Shown piece after piece: positions 1 through 8,306 of a DNA stretch of 33,574 nucleotides. Position 1 is the first letter of the stretch; the number at the start of each line of letters is the position of its first letter. The DNA is from Thermoplasmatota archaeon (lineage in GTDB: Archaea > Thermoplasmatota > E2 > JACPAO01 > JAHFTW01), in assembly GCA_041636435.1 (NCBI GenBank), contig JBFKTF010000002.1, forward strand, positions 1 to 33,574, read 5' to 3'. The position numbers and the translations under genes were made by a program. Below the pieces are notes generated by a model. That model had not been told where the DNA came from and ran no database searches. It saw only the letters and a program-made list of their open reading frames with translations.

Positions 1-722
1 GCATCCAGTGCGTCCGCGAATGGGGGATACAAGATGGTGCGGACCAGGCCGATGGCATCCAGGTCCGTGGGCGGGGGCAACAACGCCACCTGGCGCATGA
101 TGACGTCCTCCACGGGTCGGTCGGCGCCCGGAACCACGTCGACGGCGGCGATTTGGCGGACCACGTCCACTCCCTCGAAGACTTGGCCAAACATGGCGTA
201 GGCACCAAAGGCGTCCCCCGTGGCACCTTGGGGGTCGTGGAGGTGTTGGGCAGGCTCCTCGGTGATGAAGAACTGGGAATCCCCCGTGTCGTCGGTCCAT
301 CGGGCCAGGCCGACGGCGCCCACGCCGAATTCGAGGCCTTCATGGATTTCGAGGGGCACCATGTTGGTGCTGGCGCCGCCGGGACCGCTGCCGCCTTCAC
401 CGGTGCCGGTCGGGTCGCCCCCTTGGATGACGAAGTCGTCGACGACGCGGTGGAAGATCAGACCGTCGTAGAATCCAGAGTCGGCGAGGTCGCCGATGTG
501 GGCCGCGGTTTGTGGAGTCCACTCCGTGAACAGCACCATGCGGATGGTGCCAAAGTCGGTCTCGATGCGCAACTCGGGGAACGAGTGGATGTCGTGGAGC
601 AGATCGACGAGTTCGGCGTTGGGTGCCGCGTCCGATGCGTTGCCGGGCGCCGGTTCGTTGGCCGGGGCGGTCCCCAAGCATCCCGCCAACAGCAGCGCCG
701 CCACCGCGATGGGGCGCATCAT
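1..722 (-). CDS. Cyclophilin-type peptidyl-prolyl cis-trans isomerase with lipobox signal peptide (3' end runs off the window)
   Basis: Not in the ORF track because no stop lies inside the window. Hand translation of the minus strand from ATG 722: MMRPIAVAALLLAGC (lipobox) ... FYDGLIFHRVVDDFVIQGGDPTGTGEGGSG ... GAYAMFGQVFEGVDVVRQI, open down to position 3. The ATG overlaps the TGA of the upstream paralog (ATGA, 719-722). Confidence 0.85.
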   Translation of the reverse strand, partial: MMRPIAVAALLLAGCLGTAPANEPAPGNASDAAPNAELVDLLHDIHSFPELRIETDFGTIRMVLFTEWTPQTAAHIGDLADSGFYDGLIFHRVVDDFVIQGGDPTGTGEGGSGPGGASTNMVPLEIHEGLEFGVGAVGLARWTDDTGDSQFFITEEPAQHLHDPQGATGDAFGAYAMFGQVFEGVDVVRQIAAVDVVPGADRPVEDVIMRQVALLPPPTDLDAIGLVRTILYPPFADALD

Positions 723-1654
723 GGCGCGGCCCCCACGACAAACGTTTGCTCGAGGACCTCGTCGCCGGCAGTGAAGGTGCAGTCGACCACGCCCGCCGGC
801 CACGTGAGGATCTCGGGTTCTTCGAAGTGAAGCGGCGCCACGGGCAGCGCGTCGCCTTCGTGGCTGCAGGCCACGACCAGTGCATCGGGGCCGTTGACTT
901 CCTGCGTCATGGCAAACGGATGGCCCGCAAATTGATGCAGCGGCATGGACACCACGTGGCCACCCACCTCGATTGGCTGCAATGGATACGCGGTGGGGTC
1001 CACGTCGTTCTCGATGACGGTGGCGGATTGCACGAGCACCGGGACGACGGGGCGGTCCTGCTGGGGAATGGTCGTGACCTCGGAAATGGTGCGCACCACG
1101 TCCAAGCCACGCACGACTTGGCCAAACATGGCGTAGGTGCCGTACTGCGCGGCGTATTCGCCATCGGGGTTGGACATGCGCGTCGCCGGGTGCGTCGTGA
1201 AGAACCACTGCGAATCCGCGGAATCCAAGTCGCTGCCCCGCGCCATGCCCATGCCGCCCGAAAGGTACTGCAGTCGCTCGTCGAATTCGTGGGGGATGGT
1301 CTGGCCCGAGCCCCCGGTACCGGTTCCGGTGGGGTCGCCGGATTGGATGACGAATCCTGGAATGACGCGGTGGAACTGGACGCCGTCATAGAATCCATCG
1401 TGGACAAGCTGCAGGATGCGTTGGCCGTGTTCTGGCATCCAGGTGGCGTAGAGCAACACGTCGATGGTGCCGTGGTCCGTCTCAAATCGGACAACGGGTT
1501 CGTTGGAAATGACTGCGAGGTCCGAGCGGGCGGCCACCTCAGATTCCACGCGGTCGACGACGTCGCCGGCGGGCGTGGGATCCACGCAGCCACCCAAGGC
1601 AAGCAATGCAACAGCCAGAAGGACTCGCACGACATTCGACTGGACGGCACGCAC
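719..1654 (-). CDS. Cyclophilin-type peptidyl-prolyl cis-trans isomerase, lipoprotein, with ~110-aa extra C-terminal domain
   Basis: Distal 311 codons of minus ORF 719..2455. GTG at 1654 (alternative GTG 1630) gives VRAVQSNVVRVLLAVALLALGGC (signal peptide plus lipobox). The cyclophilin core follows: FYDGVQFHRVIPGFVIQSGDPTGTGTGGSG ... YAMFGQVVRGLDVV. The upstream 267 codons of the track ORF are antisense to the HAD gene and look non-coding. Confidence 0.88.
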   Translation of the reverse strand: MRAVQSNVVRVLLAVALLALGGCVDPTPAGDVVDRVESEVAARSDLAVISNEPVVRFETDHGTIDVLLYATWMPEHGQRILQLVHDGFYDGVQFHRVIPGFVIQSGDPTGTGTGGSGQTIPHEFDERLQYLSGGMGMARGSDLDSADSQWFFTTHPATRMSNPDGEYAAQYGTYAMFGQVVRGLDVVRTISEVTTIPQQDRPVVPVLVQSATVIENDVDPTAYPLQPIEVGGHVVSMPLHQFAGHPFAMTQEVNGPDALVVACSHEGDALPVAPLHFEEPEILTWPAGVVDCTFTAGDEVLEQTFVVGAAP

Positions 1655-1699
1655 TTGGCGTTTGCCGAAGCCCCTAAGCGCCTGCGCGGCTGGCGCGAC

Positions 1700-2449
1700 A
1701 TGTTGAAGGAAGCGTTGGAGACGTTCTATCGCAACCACCGCGTCGTGCGGCCCGCGACGCCGTTGCCGCCGCCAGAAGTGCCCGTCGAGCTCGTGTGCTT
1801 CGACATGGACGGCGTGCTGATTGACGTCGGTAGCAGTTGGGTCATGGTGCACAAGCACTTCGGCGTGGAGAACCAAGCGGGCCTCGAAGCGTACCTGAAT
1901 GGGGAATTCGACGACGTGGAGTTCATCCGGCGCGATGCGGCCCTGTGGTTGGACAAGCAACCCAAGATTGGCCGCGCCGATTTCCAGAAGATCTTCCAGA
2001 AGCCGCCATTCATGGACGGAGTCAAGGAGACCGTCGAGACCCTGCAGGCCGAGGGCGTGCAGACCGCCATCGTCAGTGGCGGCGTCAACATCATTGCCGA
2101 AGACATCGCCCGGCGCCTCAAAATCCCGCACGTAGCGGCCAACGGATTCCTCTACGACGACGAAGGCCACATCACGGGCGAAGGCGTCGTCAAGACGCCC
2201 CTCAACGACAAGGCACTGCCCGTGTTGGAATTCGCCCGCGAGATGGACGTGCCATTGGAGCGCGTATTGAGCATCGGCAACAGCATGCCGGATGTCAGCA
2301 TGTTCGAAGTGACGGGGCGCAGCATCGCATTCCATCCCGAAGACGATTACACCCGGCACCACGCGACGTGGACCATTGAAGACGGTCCACTCACGCAGAT
2401 GCTGCCGCTGGTGTTGGAACCGGGCAAGCACCAGCCCTGGTCCGAGTAG
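1700..2449 (+). CDS. HAD-superfamily hydrolase, phosphoserine-phosphatase-like (HAD-IB)
   Basis: Last 249 codons of ORF 623..2449; ATG at 1700 (MLKEALETF...). HAD motifs present: FDMDGVLID (motif I), IVSGG (motif II), GNSMPD (motif IV). The 5' part of the track ORF (623..1699) is antisense to the cyclophilin gene. Confidence 0.8.
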   Translation: MLKEALETFYRNHRVVRPATPLPPPEVPVELVCFDMDGVLIDVGSSWVMVHKHFGVENQAGLEAYLNGEFDDVEFIRRDAALWLDKQPKIGRADFQKIFQKPPFMDGVKETVETLQAEGVQTAIVSGGVNIIAEDIARRLKIPHVAANGFLYDDEGHITGEGVVKTPLNDKALPVLEFAREMDVPLERVLSIGNSMPDVSMFEVTGRSIAFHPEDDYTRHHATWTIEDGPLTQMLPLVLEPGKHQPWSE

Positions 2450-3545
2450 ACGCACCCAAGAGGTTGGCGAGGCGACGGGGCCAGGGATCGGCGCCGTTGG
2501 CGGCCATCATGACGGGCAAGCCACTGCGCATCACTTCCTGGGCCACGGCCTCCACGTGGCGGGGACTGCGCCGATGGATCCGTGCGGGGAACCCAAGGCG
2601 CTTGGCAAACAATTGGGCGTGGCGTCCCGCCAAGTGGATGTCATGAACATAGCCCTCCTCGATGCGGTCGCGCATGAACTGCAGGAACGCATGGCTTCGT
2701 TCGCGCCGGTCGCCACGCAGGTAGAGCACCCAAACCATGGGCATCGGGTCGGGGCTGATGTGGCGCAGAATCTTGTGGGTGGAGTCGACGTCGTTGACTT
2801 CGCTGGCATCGAAGGCGGGCACCGGGCCAGGGTGGAATTGATTCGTGCGTTGGAGCGCAGTGCGGGTGGCGTCCAGGACGCGGTCCGGAAGGCCCGTGCC
2901 GTGGACGCGTTCCAGCAATTGGTGGACGATGCGGTGGTTGACCATGCCCGGAGGATCGCCGAGGTGTTCGTCGACTTGCACGTAGTGGGCCTTGCGGCGC
3001 TGGACTTCTTCTTGGACGATGGCGGCCAACGCGGGGTCTTGTTCGCCGCACAGCACCGTGGCTCCTTTGCGGACGCTGCGGCCAAATGCGCGGGCGATGC
3101 GCTGGGGTTGGCGGCCGACTTGGTCTTGGTGATCGCGGCGGACGTTGGTGATGACGATGACGTGGGGACGGAGCGCTTGGTGGACGATGCGCATGCCGTA
3201 TTCGGCGATGGCTTGGTTTTCGATGATGGCGGCGCCGCAGGGAGCGTGGCGCTTGATTTCCCACATGGTCTCGTCGAGCATGACCGGCCCGTAGCGTGGC
3301 GTGGGGACGGGTTCGCCGTTGCGCACAACGTATGGCGTCGTGCCGGTCACTTTGGCCATGGTGTCGTGGCCCCGTTGGCGCAGGTGTTTCTCGATGGCCA
3401 GCGTGGTGCTGGTCTTGCCTCGCGTGCCGGTGACGGCGATGCGGAGGGGGATGTCGCGCACGAGGCGCCGGAAGCCGCGGCCCGTGCCACGGTAACGGCG
3501 GGGCAGGCTGTCTTCGATGGCGAGGCGGTCGAAGGTCTGCTTCAT
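2391..3545 (-). CDS. pgsB: Mur-ligase-family amide ligase, PgsB/CapB-like (poly-gamma-glutamate synthase-like)
   Basis: Minus ORF 2391..3854; real start is ATG 3545 (MKQTFDRL...), overlapping the stop of the upstream membrane gene (ATGA 3542-3545). P-loop IAVTGTRGKTSTT, then AAIIENQAIAEYG...VIVITNVRRDHQDQVG, AFDASEVNDVDST and VLYLRGDRRERS. These blocks are collinear with Bacillus PgsB as I recall it. The 3' end overlaps the convergent HAD gene by 59 nt, so the true end is somewhat uncertain. Confidence 0.75.
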   Translation of the reverse strand: MKQTFDRLAIEDSLPRRYRGTGRGFRRLVRDIPLRIAVTGTRGKTSTTLAIEKHLRQRGHDTMAKVTGTTPYVVRNGEPVPTPRYGPVMLDETMWEIKRHAPCGAAIIENQAIAEYGMRIVHQALRPHVIVITNVRRDHQDQVGRQPQRIARAFGRSVRKGATVLCGEQDPALAAIVQEEVQRRKAHYVQVDEHLGDPPGMVNHRIVHQLLERVHGTGLPDRVLDATRTALQRTNQFHPGPVPAFDASEVNDVDSTHKILRHISPDPMPMVWVLYLRGDRRERSHAFLQFMRDRIEEGYVHDIHLAGRHAQLFAKRLGFPARIHRRSPRHVEAVAQEVMRSGLPVMMAANGADPWPRRLANLLGASTRTRAGACPVPTPAAASA

Positions 3546-4117
3546 TCGGCCTCCACGGAGGCACGCAGGCTCTCCATGACGGTGACCACGAGGCCCAGGG
3601 GTCCGGCGACTTCGAGGCTGGTTTGGCCTTGCAGGCTGGCGGGTTGTCCGATGGGGGTTGCGTCCGGGTAGACCACGGGGTTGACCAGCAGGTGCAGCAG
3701 GAATCCACCCACGAGGAAAATGGCGCCAAAGACGGCGGTGGCTTGCACGGGGCGGCTCTCGCGGTGCATGTTGAATGCGAAGATGCCTGGCAGGACTGCG
3801 AGCGCGATGGCGGGGTAATCGGGCAGGAAGCGCGTCAAGAGCAATCCCGCGCACAGCATGCCAGCCACGATGTAGACAATCAGCAGCCGGCGCCCGTAGA
3901 GGAATGTGGTGCTGCGCACGATGGCGCCGGCGATGATGGCGACGGCGACGCTGGCTGCAAAGATGAACAGCAGGCCCACGTGGGCGATGCTGTAGAACAT
4001 GAGCAAGGGGATGACCAGGACGCCGCCTAGGCGGAGGCCGGTCTTCTCGTAGACCAAGAGGCCGGCCAGCAGGAAGATGGCGAGCACGAGGTACGGTACG
4101 AAGTCAATCCATTGCAT
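3542..4117 (-). CDS. pgsC: Polytopic membrane protein, PgsC/CapC-like
   Basis: ATG at 4117 inside ORF 3542..4204 (MQWIDFVPYLVLAIFLLAGLLVYEKTGLRLGGVLVIP...). Several TM helices. The segments YEKTGL..GGVLVIP, FLYGRRLLIVYIVAG and LPGIFAFN parallel the EKTG, YGRR and VPG blocks of Bacillus PgsC. Translationally coupled to the PgsB-like gene. Confidence 0.7.
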   Translation of the reverse strand: MQWIDFVPYLVLAIFLLAGLLVYEKTGLRLGGVLVIPLLMFYSIAHVGLLFIFAASVAVAIIAGAIVRSTTFLYGRRLLIVYIVAGMLCAGLLLTRFLPDYPAIALAVLPGIFAFNMHRESRPVQATAVFGAIFLVGGFLLHLLVNPVVYPDATPIGQPASLQGQTSLEVAGPLGLVVTVMESLRASVEAE

Positions 4118-4182
4118 GCGTTGTTCGATACAACATTCATGCGGCAATTGACCTTGGTGTGTTCGAGAATCAGTGGAACGAT

Positions 4183-4494
4183 TCAGCCACGAAATTCTTG
4201 CCATTCAATGACCAGTCCATCCTGGTCGATTGCAATGATCCACGTGCCTTGTTCTTCCGGTCCATCGATTCCATCGATGGTCCACCAGACGAACATGAGG
4301 TTGCGTTTCATTGTCTGGTCCTTGGGCTGCACGCGGCGCTGACGCATGTGCTGAATCAACTCGTCGCGCCCCAACACGCCAACGACGTCGCTGCGGAAAT
4401 GGACGTCTTCATGCAGGAACGGCACCAGGTCGGCGTCGTTGGCCAAGGCATCCATGAGGCGGGCAACGACGTCGACGGGATCCACAAGGTCCAC
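4183..4494 (-). CDS. Small NTF2/SnoaL-like protein (pattern-level call only)
   Basis: ORF of 103 aa: MDLVDPVDVVARLMDALANDADLVPFLHEDVHFRSDVVGVLGRDELIQHM...TWIIAIDQDGLVIEWQEF. Size and alpha+beta pattern fit NTF2-like proteins. Its acidic composition matches the real genes here, unlike the overlapping plus-strand ORF 4159..4506. It lies 65 nt upstream of the PgsC-like gene on the same strand. Confidence 0.5.
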   Translation of the reverse strand: MDLVDPVDVVARLMDALANDADLVPFLHEDVHFRSDVVGVLGRDELIQHMRQRRVQPKDQTMKRNLMFVWWTIDGIDGPEEQGTWIIAIDQDGLVIEWQEFRG

Positions 4495-4575
4495 GACCGG
4501 CCATGACGGCCCAAGCTCATCAAAGCGCCGGCCAATGGGTCATGCTTCTTATGCCACCTTCTTGTGGCGGGGTCG

Positions 4576-6063
4576 ATGAAAATCTCCTGTGTGACTCCCA
4601 AGCAGGCGAAGGCCGAGGCGGTCATCGTCGGCGTCGTGTCCAAGGACGACAAGCGCACCGCTCCGGGCCTTGCCCGCATTGGCCAGGACAAGCACCCCCA
4701 AGCGACGTGGCTCATCGACAACGCCACGACGGGTTTGGGCCTCAAGTCCGTCAAGTCGGTGCCGTGCGACGACCACGCGTTGGTCCTCGTGGGCTTGGGC
4801 GATCCAGCCAAGCTCACCCAGGAGAAGCTCGGCTCCGCGATGAATGCGGCGCTGAAGCACGTCAAGGATCTAGGATTCACCAGCGCGTCCACGAGCCTCC
4901 ACTTGGAAGCCGCCGGCGACGCCTTGGACGAAGCCAGCGCCTTGCAGGCCATGGTCCACGGCGCCATCATCGGTGACTTGAGCTTCGATCAATGGAAGGG
5001 CAAGAGCAAGGACAAGAAGCCCAAGCCCGAAATCAAGGCCCTGCAAATCGTGGCGGAGAAGCCGGCGGCCGTGCGCAAGACCGTGCAGCAGGCCACCATC
5101 ATCGCCGAGGCCGTCAACGACGCGCGCCTCTTGGCCAACACGCCGGGCAACATCGCCACCCCGAAATGGATGGCCAGCGAGGCCCGCAAGCGCGGCCGCA
5201 AGCACGGCTTCAAGGTCAGCGTCAAGGGCCGTGCGCAGTTGCGCAAGGAAGGCTTCAGCGCGTTGTGTGGCGTGGCGCAGGGCAGCGACAACGAGGAGCA
5301 ACTCGTGACGATGACCTACGAGCCCGAGAAGGCCACCAAGAACACCAAGACCCTGGTCGTGGTGGGCAAGGGCGTGACGTTCGACTCCGGTGGCATCTCC
5401 CTCAAGCCAGGCTCGGGCATGTGGGACATGAAGTACGACAAGTGCGGCGCCTGCAACACCATCGCGTTGATGGCGGCCGTGGCCCAGTTGAAGCCCAAGC
5501 ACCGCGTCATCGGCATCACGCCGTGCGTGGAGAACATGCCCAGCGGTGCCGCGCAGCGCCCCGGAGACATCGTGACAAGCAAGAAGGGAACGACGATCGA
5601 GGTGCTGAACACGGACGCGGAAGGCCGCCTCATCCTGGCGGACGCAATCCATCATGCAACGAGCTACAAGCCCGACTGGATGGTCGACATGGCGACCCTG
5701 ACGGGTGCCTGCAGCTTCGCGGTGGGCGAAACCTACGTGGCGGTGATGAGCAAGGACGACGCGTTTGCGCAGTCCATCATTGACGCGAGCAAGCGCGGAG
5801 GCGACAAAGCCTGGCAGCTACCGCAAGGCGAGGAGTTCGACGAAGCGAACAAGGGAACCTACGCGGATCTGCAGAACATCAGCCTGAGCAACAAGGCGGG
5901 CACGTCCATCGGCGGCTCGTTCGTCTCCCACTTCGCGGGGGACGTGACGTTCGCGCATCTGGACATCGCCAGCAAGGCATGGACCAGCGGATCCGATTAC
6001 TTTGCCAAGGGTCCGACCGGAGCCGGTACGCGCATCGTACTGCAACGCATCCTCGACGAGTAG
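4576..6063 (+). CDS. pepA: Leucyl aminopeptidase (peptidase family M17)
   Basis: ORF 4564..6063; ATG 4576 (MKISCV...) preferred over GTG 4564. M17 signatures VGKGVTFDSGGISLKP and NTDAEGRLILADA. Ends in TAG. Confidence 0.92.
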   Translation: MKISCVTPKQAKAEAVIVGVVSKDDKRTAPGLARIGQDKHPQATWLIDNATTGLGLKSVKSVPCDDHALVLVGLGDPAKLTQEKLGSAMNAALKHVKDLGFTSASTSLHLEAAGDALDEASALQAMVHGAIIGDLSFDQWKGKSKDKKPKPEIKALQIVAEKPAAVRKTVQQATIIAEAVNDARLLANTPGNIATPKWMASEARKRGRKHGFKVSVKGRAQLRKEGFSALCGVAQGSDNEEQLVTMTYEPEKATKNTKTLVVVGKGVTFDSGGISLKPGSGMWDMKYDKCGACNTIALMAAVAQLKPKHRVIGITPCVENMPSGAAQRPGDIVTSKKGTTIEVLNTDAEGRLILADAIHHATSYKPDWMVDMATLTGACSFAVGETYVAVMSKDDAFAQSIIDASKRGGDKAWQLPQGEEFDEANKGTYADLQNISLSNKAGTSIGGSFVSHFAGDVTFAHLDIASKAWTSGSDYFAKGPTGAGTRIVLQRILDE

Positions 6064-6073
6064 CCGGGTCGAC

Positions 6074-6238
6074 TCAGGTGAGTTGACTGAAGACCAGGTC
6101 CAGCGAACCAATCACACTGAGCGCAGCAATCAGCCCACCTGCGATGAGCAGGCGGCGCTTCTTGCGCTCCATGGAGCGGGTCGTGATCCGGTCGTTGCGG
6201 CCGAGCCAGGCGGGTTCAGGGGTGCCATCGGGTCCCAT
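6074..6238 (-). CDS. Small single-pass membrane protein (54 aa), paralog of 6350..6520
   Basis: Below the ORF-track size cut-off. Hand translation: MGPDGTPEPAWLGRNDRITTRSMERKKRRLLIAGGLIAALSVIGSLDLVFSQLT. It shares AWLG-x-D-x-R, M-x-R-(x)-KKR and GS-x-DL blocks with the neighbouring 56-aa ORF, which argues for selection at protein level. Confidence 0.6.
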   Translation of the reverse strand: MGPDGTPEPAWLGRNDRITTRSMERKKRRLLIAGGLIAALSVIGSLDLVFSQLT

Positions 6239-6349
6239 GGTGCTCACGTCTATCTTTGACGCTCGAGGTACTTAGTCGACGACCCTAGATTCCAGCGGGC
6301 TGCACGAAACAACGTCCGATGGAACCATGGGAGCCATGGACCGAGGCCC

Positions 6350-6520
6350 TCACTGCACCTTGTCAATCAGGTCGATGGATCCCACCACGCCAAGGGCCAT
6401 GGCGGCTCCTCCACCAACGGCAGCGCGCTTCTTCATGCGCTTCATGTCGCGGGCGGAGACACGGTGGTCGTGGCCAAGCCAGGCCTCTTCTTGCTTCTCG
6501 GGTAGAATCGGGTCTCCCAT
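6350..6520 (-). CDS. Small single-pass membrane protein (56 aa), paralog of 6074..6238
   Basis: Below the ORF-track size cut-off. Hand translation: MGDPILPEKQEEAWLGHDHRVSARDMKRMKKRAAVGGGAAMALGVVGSIDLIDKVQ. An AT-rich CCAATTAG element lies about 25 nt upstream of the ATG on the minus strand (6542-6549). Confidence 0.6.
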   Translation of the reverse strand: MGDPILPEKQEEAWLGHDHRVSARDMKRMKKRAAVGGGAAMALGVVGSIDLIDKVQ

Positions 6521-6643
6521 GCGGGAACATCGGTTCGCCGACTAATTGGCCGCGTAGGGCTTGGGATGAGCGGCCCTGCGGCCCTGCGGCCCTGGCCGGC
6601 GCACGCCACCCGGCTCAAATACCGGGACCGCCTCGAAGGCAGC

Positions 6644-7996
6644 ATGGTCATGGAGGGCCTCGGAGACAGTCTCCGAAGCACCCTGAAGAAGATCGCCAAC
6701 GCCGGCCACATCGATGCCGCGCTGGTCAAGGAAGTGACGCGGGACATCCAGCGCGCCTTGATTCAGTCGGACATGAACGTGAAGCAGGTCTTGGGTCTGA
6801 GCAAGGAGATCGAAAAGCGCGCCCTCGAGGAGCGCCCCTTGCCGGGCATGAGCAACCGCGAGCACGTCATCCGCATCGTCCACGACGAGTTGGTGAAGCT
6901 GCTGGGCGAACCCCGCAAGGTCCCCCTGAAGAAGCAGGTCATCATGATGGTCGGCCTGTACGGTCAGGGCAAGACCACGACCACGGGCAAGCTGGCCAAC
7001 CACTTCAAGAAGAAGGGGCTGCGCGTCGGCGTCATCGCGGCGGACGTGCACCGGCCGGCGGCCCACGACCAACTCAAGACCCTGGCCGACCAAGTCGGCG
7101 TGGCATTCTACGGCGAGAAGCCGGAAGGCGGCGAGACGCATGGCAGCGACCGCGCCGTCGGAATCGTCGAGCGCGGCATGGAGCAATTGCGCAAAAAGCA
7201 CGACGTGATCATCGTCGACACCGCGGGTCGCGACAAGCTGGAAGACGGGCTGGTCAAGGAGATGGAGGCCATCTTCGCCGCCGCCAACCCCGACGAGAAG
7301 TTCCTGGTCATGGACGCCCAGGTCGGCCAGCAAGCGGCCGTGCAGGCCACGGCGTTCCACGACGCCGTCGGCTTGACGGGCACCATCATCACCAAGCTCG
7401 ATGGTACCGCCAAGGGTGGCGGTGCCCTCTCGGCCGTGGCCGCGACTGGCGCGCCGGTGGTGTTCATCGGCACCGGCGAACACGTGGACGAGTTGGAAGC
7501 CTTGGACCCCAAGCGCTTCATCGGCCGCCTGCTCGGCATGGGCGACTTGGACGCCCTCTTGGAGAAGGCGCAGGAAGCCAGCCAGGGCATGAATGCCGAG
7601 AAGATGGCACGCAAGATGCTGTCTGGCAAGTTCACCCTCAACGACATGCAAGCCCAAATGGACATGATCGGCAAGATGGGGCCCCTGGGCAAGGTCGCCC
7701 AGATGCTGCCCGGCGGCATGGGCGCCCAATTGCAGGGCAAGGACATGTCCGGCACCCAGGAGAAGATGGGGCACTACAAGGTCATCCTCAGCTCCATGAC
7801 GGAAGAGGAGCGCGAGAATCCCAACCTCATCAAGAGCCCCCGCGTGCGCCGCATCGCCCGCGGCGCCGGCCGCGACATGAAGGAGGTCCGTGAACTGTTG
7901 AAGTACTACGAGACCACCAAGTCGATGATGAAGGGCATCGGCGGCAACCGCAAGATGCAACGCCAGCTCATGCGGCAGCTCAAGTTCCAAGGCTGA
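6644..7996 (+). CDS. srp54: Signal recognition particle protein SRP54 (archaeal type)
   Basis: ORF 6566..7996; start ATG 6644 (MVMEGLGDSLRSTLKKIA..., the typical archaeal SRP54 N-terminus) or ATG 6650. GTPase boxes GLYGQGKTTTTGKLA, DTAGR and TKLDG. Met-rich M domain (MLPGGMGAQLQGKDM). Confidence 0.95.
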   Translation: MVMEGLGDSLRSTLKKIANAGHIDAALVKEVTRDIQRALIQSDMNVKQVLGLSKEIEKRALEERPLPGMSNREHVIRIVHDELVKLLGEPRKVPLKKQVIMMVGLYGQGKTTTTGKLANHFKKKGLRVGVIAADVHRPAAHDQLKTLADQVGVAFYGEKPEGGETHGSDRAVGIVERGMEQLRKKHDVIIVDTAGRDKLEDGLVKEMEAIFAAANPDEKFLVMDAQVGQQAAVQATAFHDAVGLTGTIITKLDGTAKGGGALSAVAATGAPVVFIGTGEHVDELEALDPKRFIGRLLGMGDLDALLEKAQEASQGMNAEKMARKMLSGKFTLNDMQAQMDMIGKMGPLGKVAQMLPGGMGAQLQGKDMSGTQEKMGHYKVILSSMTEEERENPNLIKSPRVRRIARGAGRDMKEVRELLKYYETTKSMMKGIGGNRKMQRQLMRQLKFQG

Positions 7997-8275
7997 ACCG
8001 TCCAACGAAGCCAGCCAAGACTTCGGAATTCGTAGAACGCAGCGTGGGCGCCGCCGCCCGGTGCGCAGCAACACAACAAAAAACGCCGCCACGTGCCAGA
8101 AAGGGGAGGACTTCGTGTGCAACCGGCCCGCGCGAGCACATCCCTTGGACGGCCCGTTTCTCCTGTTGGGCACGAGGACAATCGGACCCAAAGGCCTGTG
8201 CACTCAATTGCTTGCACCGGCATAGGAAATCCCTGTCAACGTCCCTGAACGCCTAAGTACCAGCACATCTGGGAA

Positions 8276-8306
8276 CCACCCAGGCGCTTCGGCGCTGTGT
8301 GGGTGG
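8276..8306 (+). promoter_or_regulatory. Stem-loop with UUCG tetraloop abutting the start codon of the surface-protein gene; its 3' arm covers the GGTGG Shine-Dalgarno-like motif
   Basis: CCACCCA (8276-8282) pairs perfectly with TGGGTGG (8300-8306). The inner stem GGCGC (8283-8287) pairs with GCGCT (8292-8296), one pair being G-U, around loop TTCG (8288-8291), with a 3-nt bulge at 8297-8299. The ATG is at 8310. Confidence 0.4.

Noticed and set aside
623-1699. 5' two-thirds of the 608-aa plus-strand ORF 623..2449 (and ORF 153..830 +).
   Set aside because: It is antisense to the two cyclophilin genes, whose translations carry unmistakable cyclophilin motifs. The composition is Gly/Arg/His/Val-rich, typical of high-GC shadow frames. 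Only the part from ATG 1700 (HAD hydrolase) looks real.
6319-8203. Long ORFs 6319..7893 (+, 524 aa) and 6542..8203 (-, 553 aa) overlapping srp54.
   Set aside because: Extremely Arg/Gly/Pro/His-rich with no motifs. SRP54 in the third frame has all its GTPase and M-domain signatures.
8044-8256. 70-aa Cys- and Arg-rich ORF inside the long srp54/surface-operon intergenic region.
   Set aside because: No start context, no recognisable fold pattern, and composition typical of random GC-rich frames. The region is better treated as leader or ncRNA.
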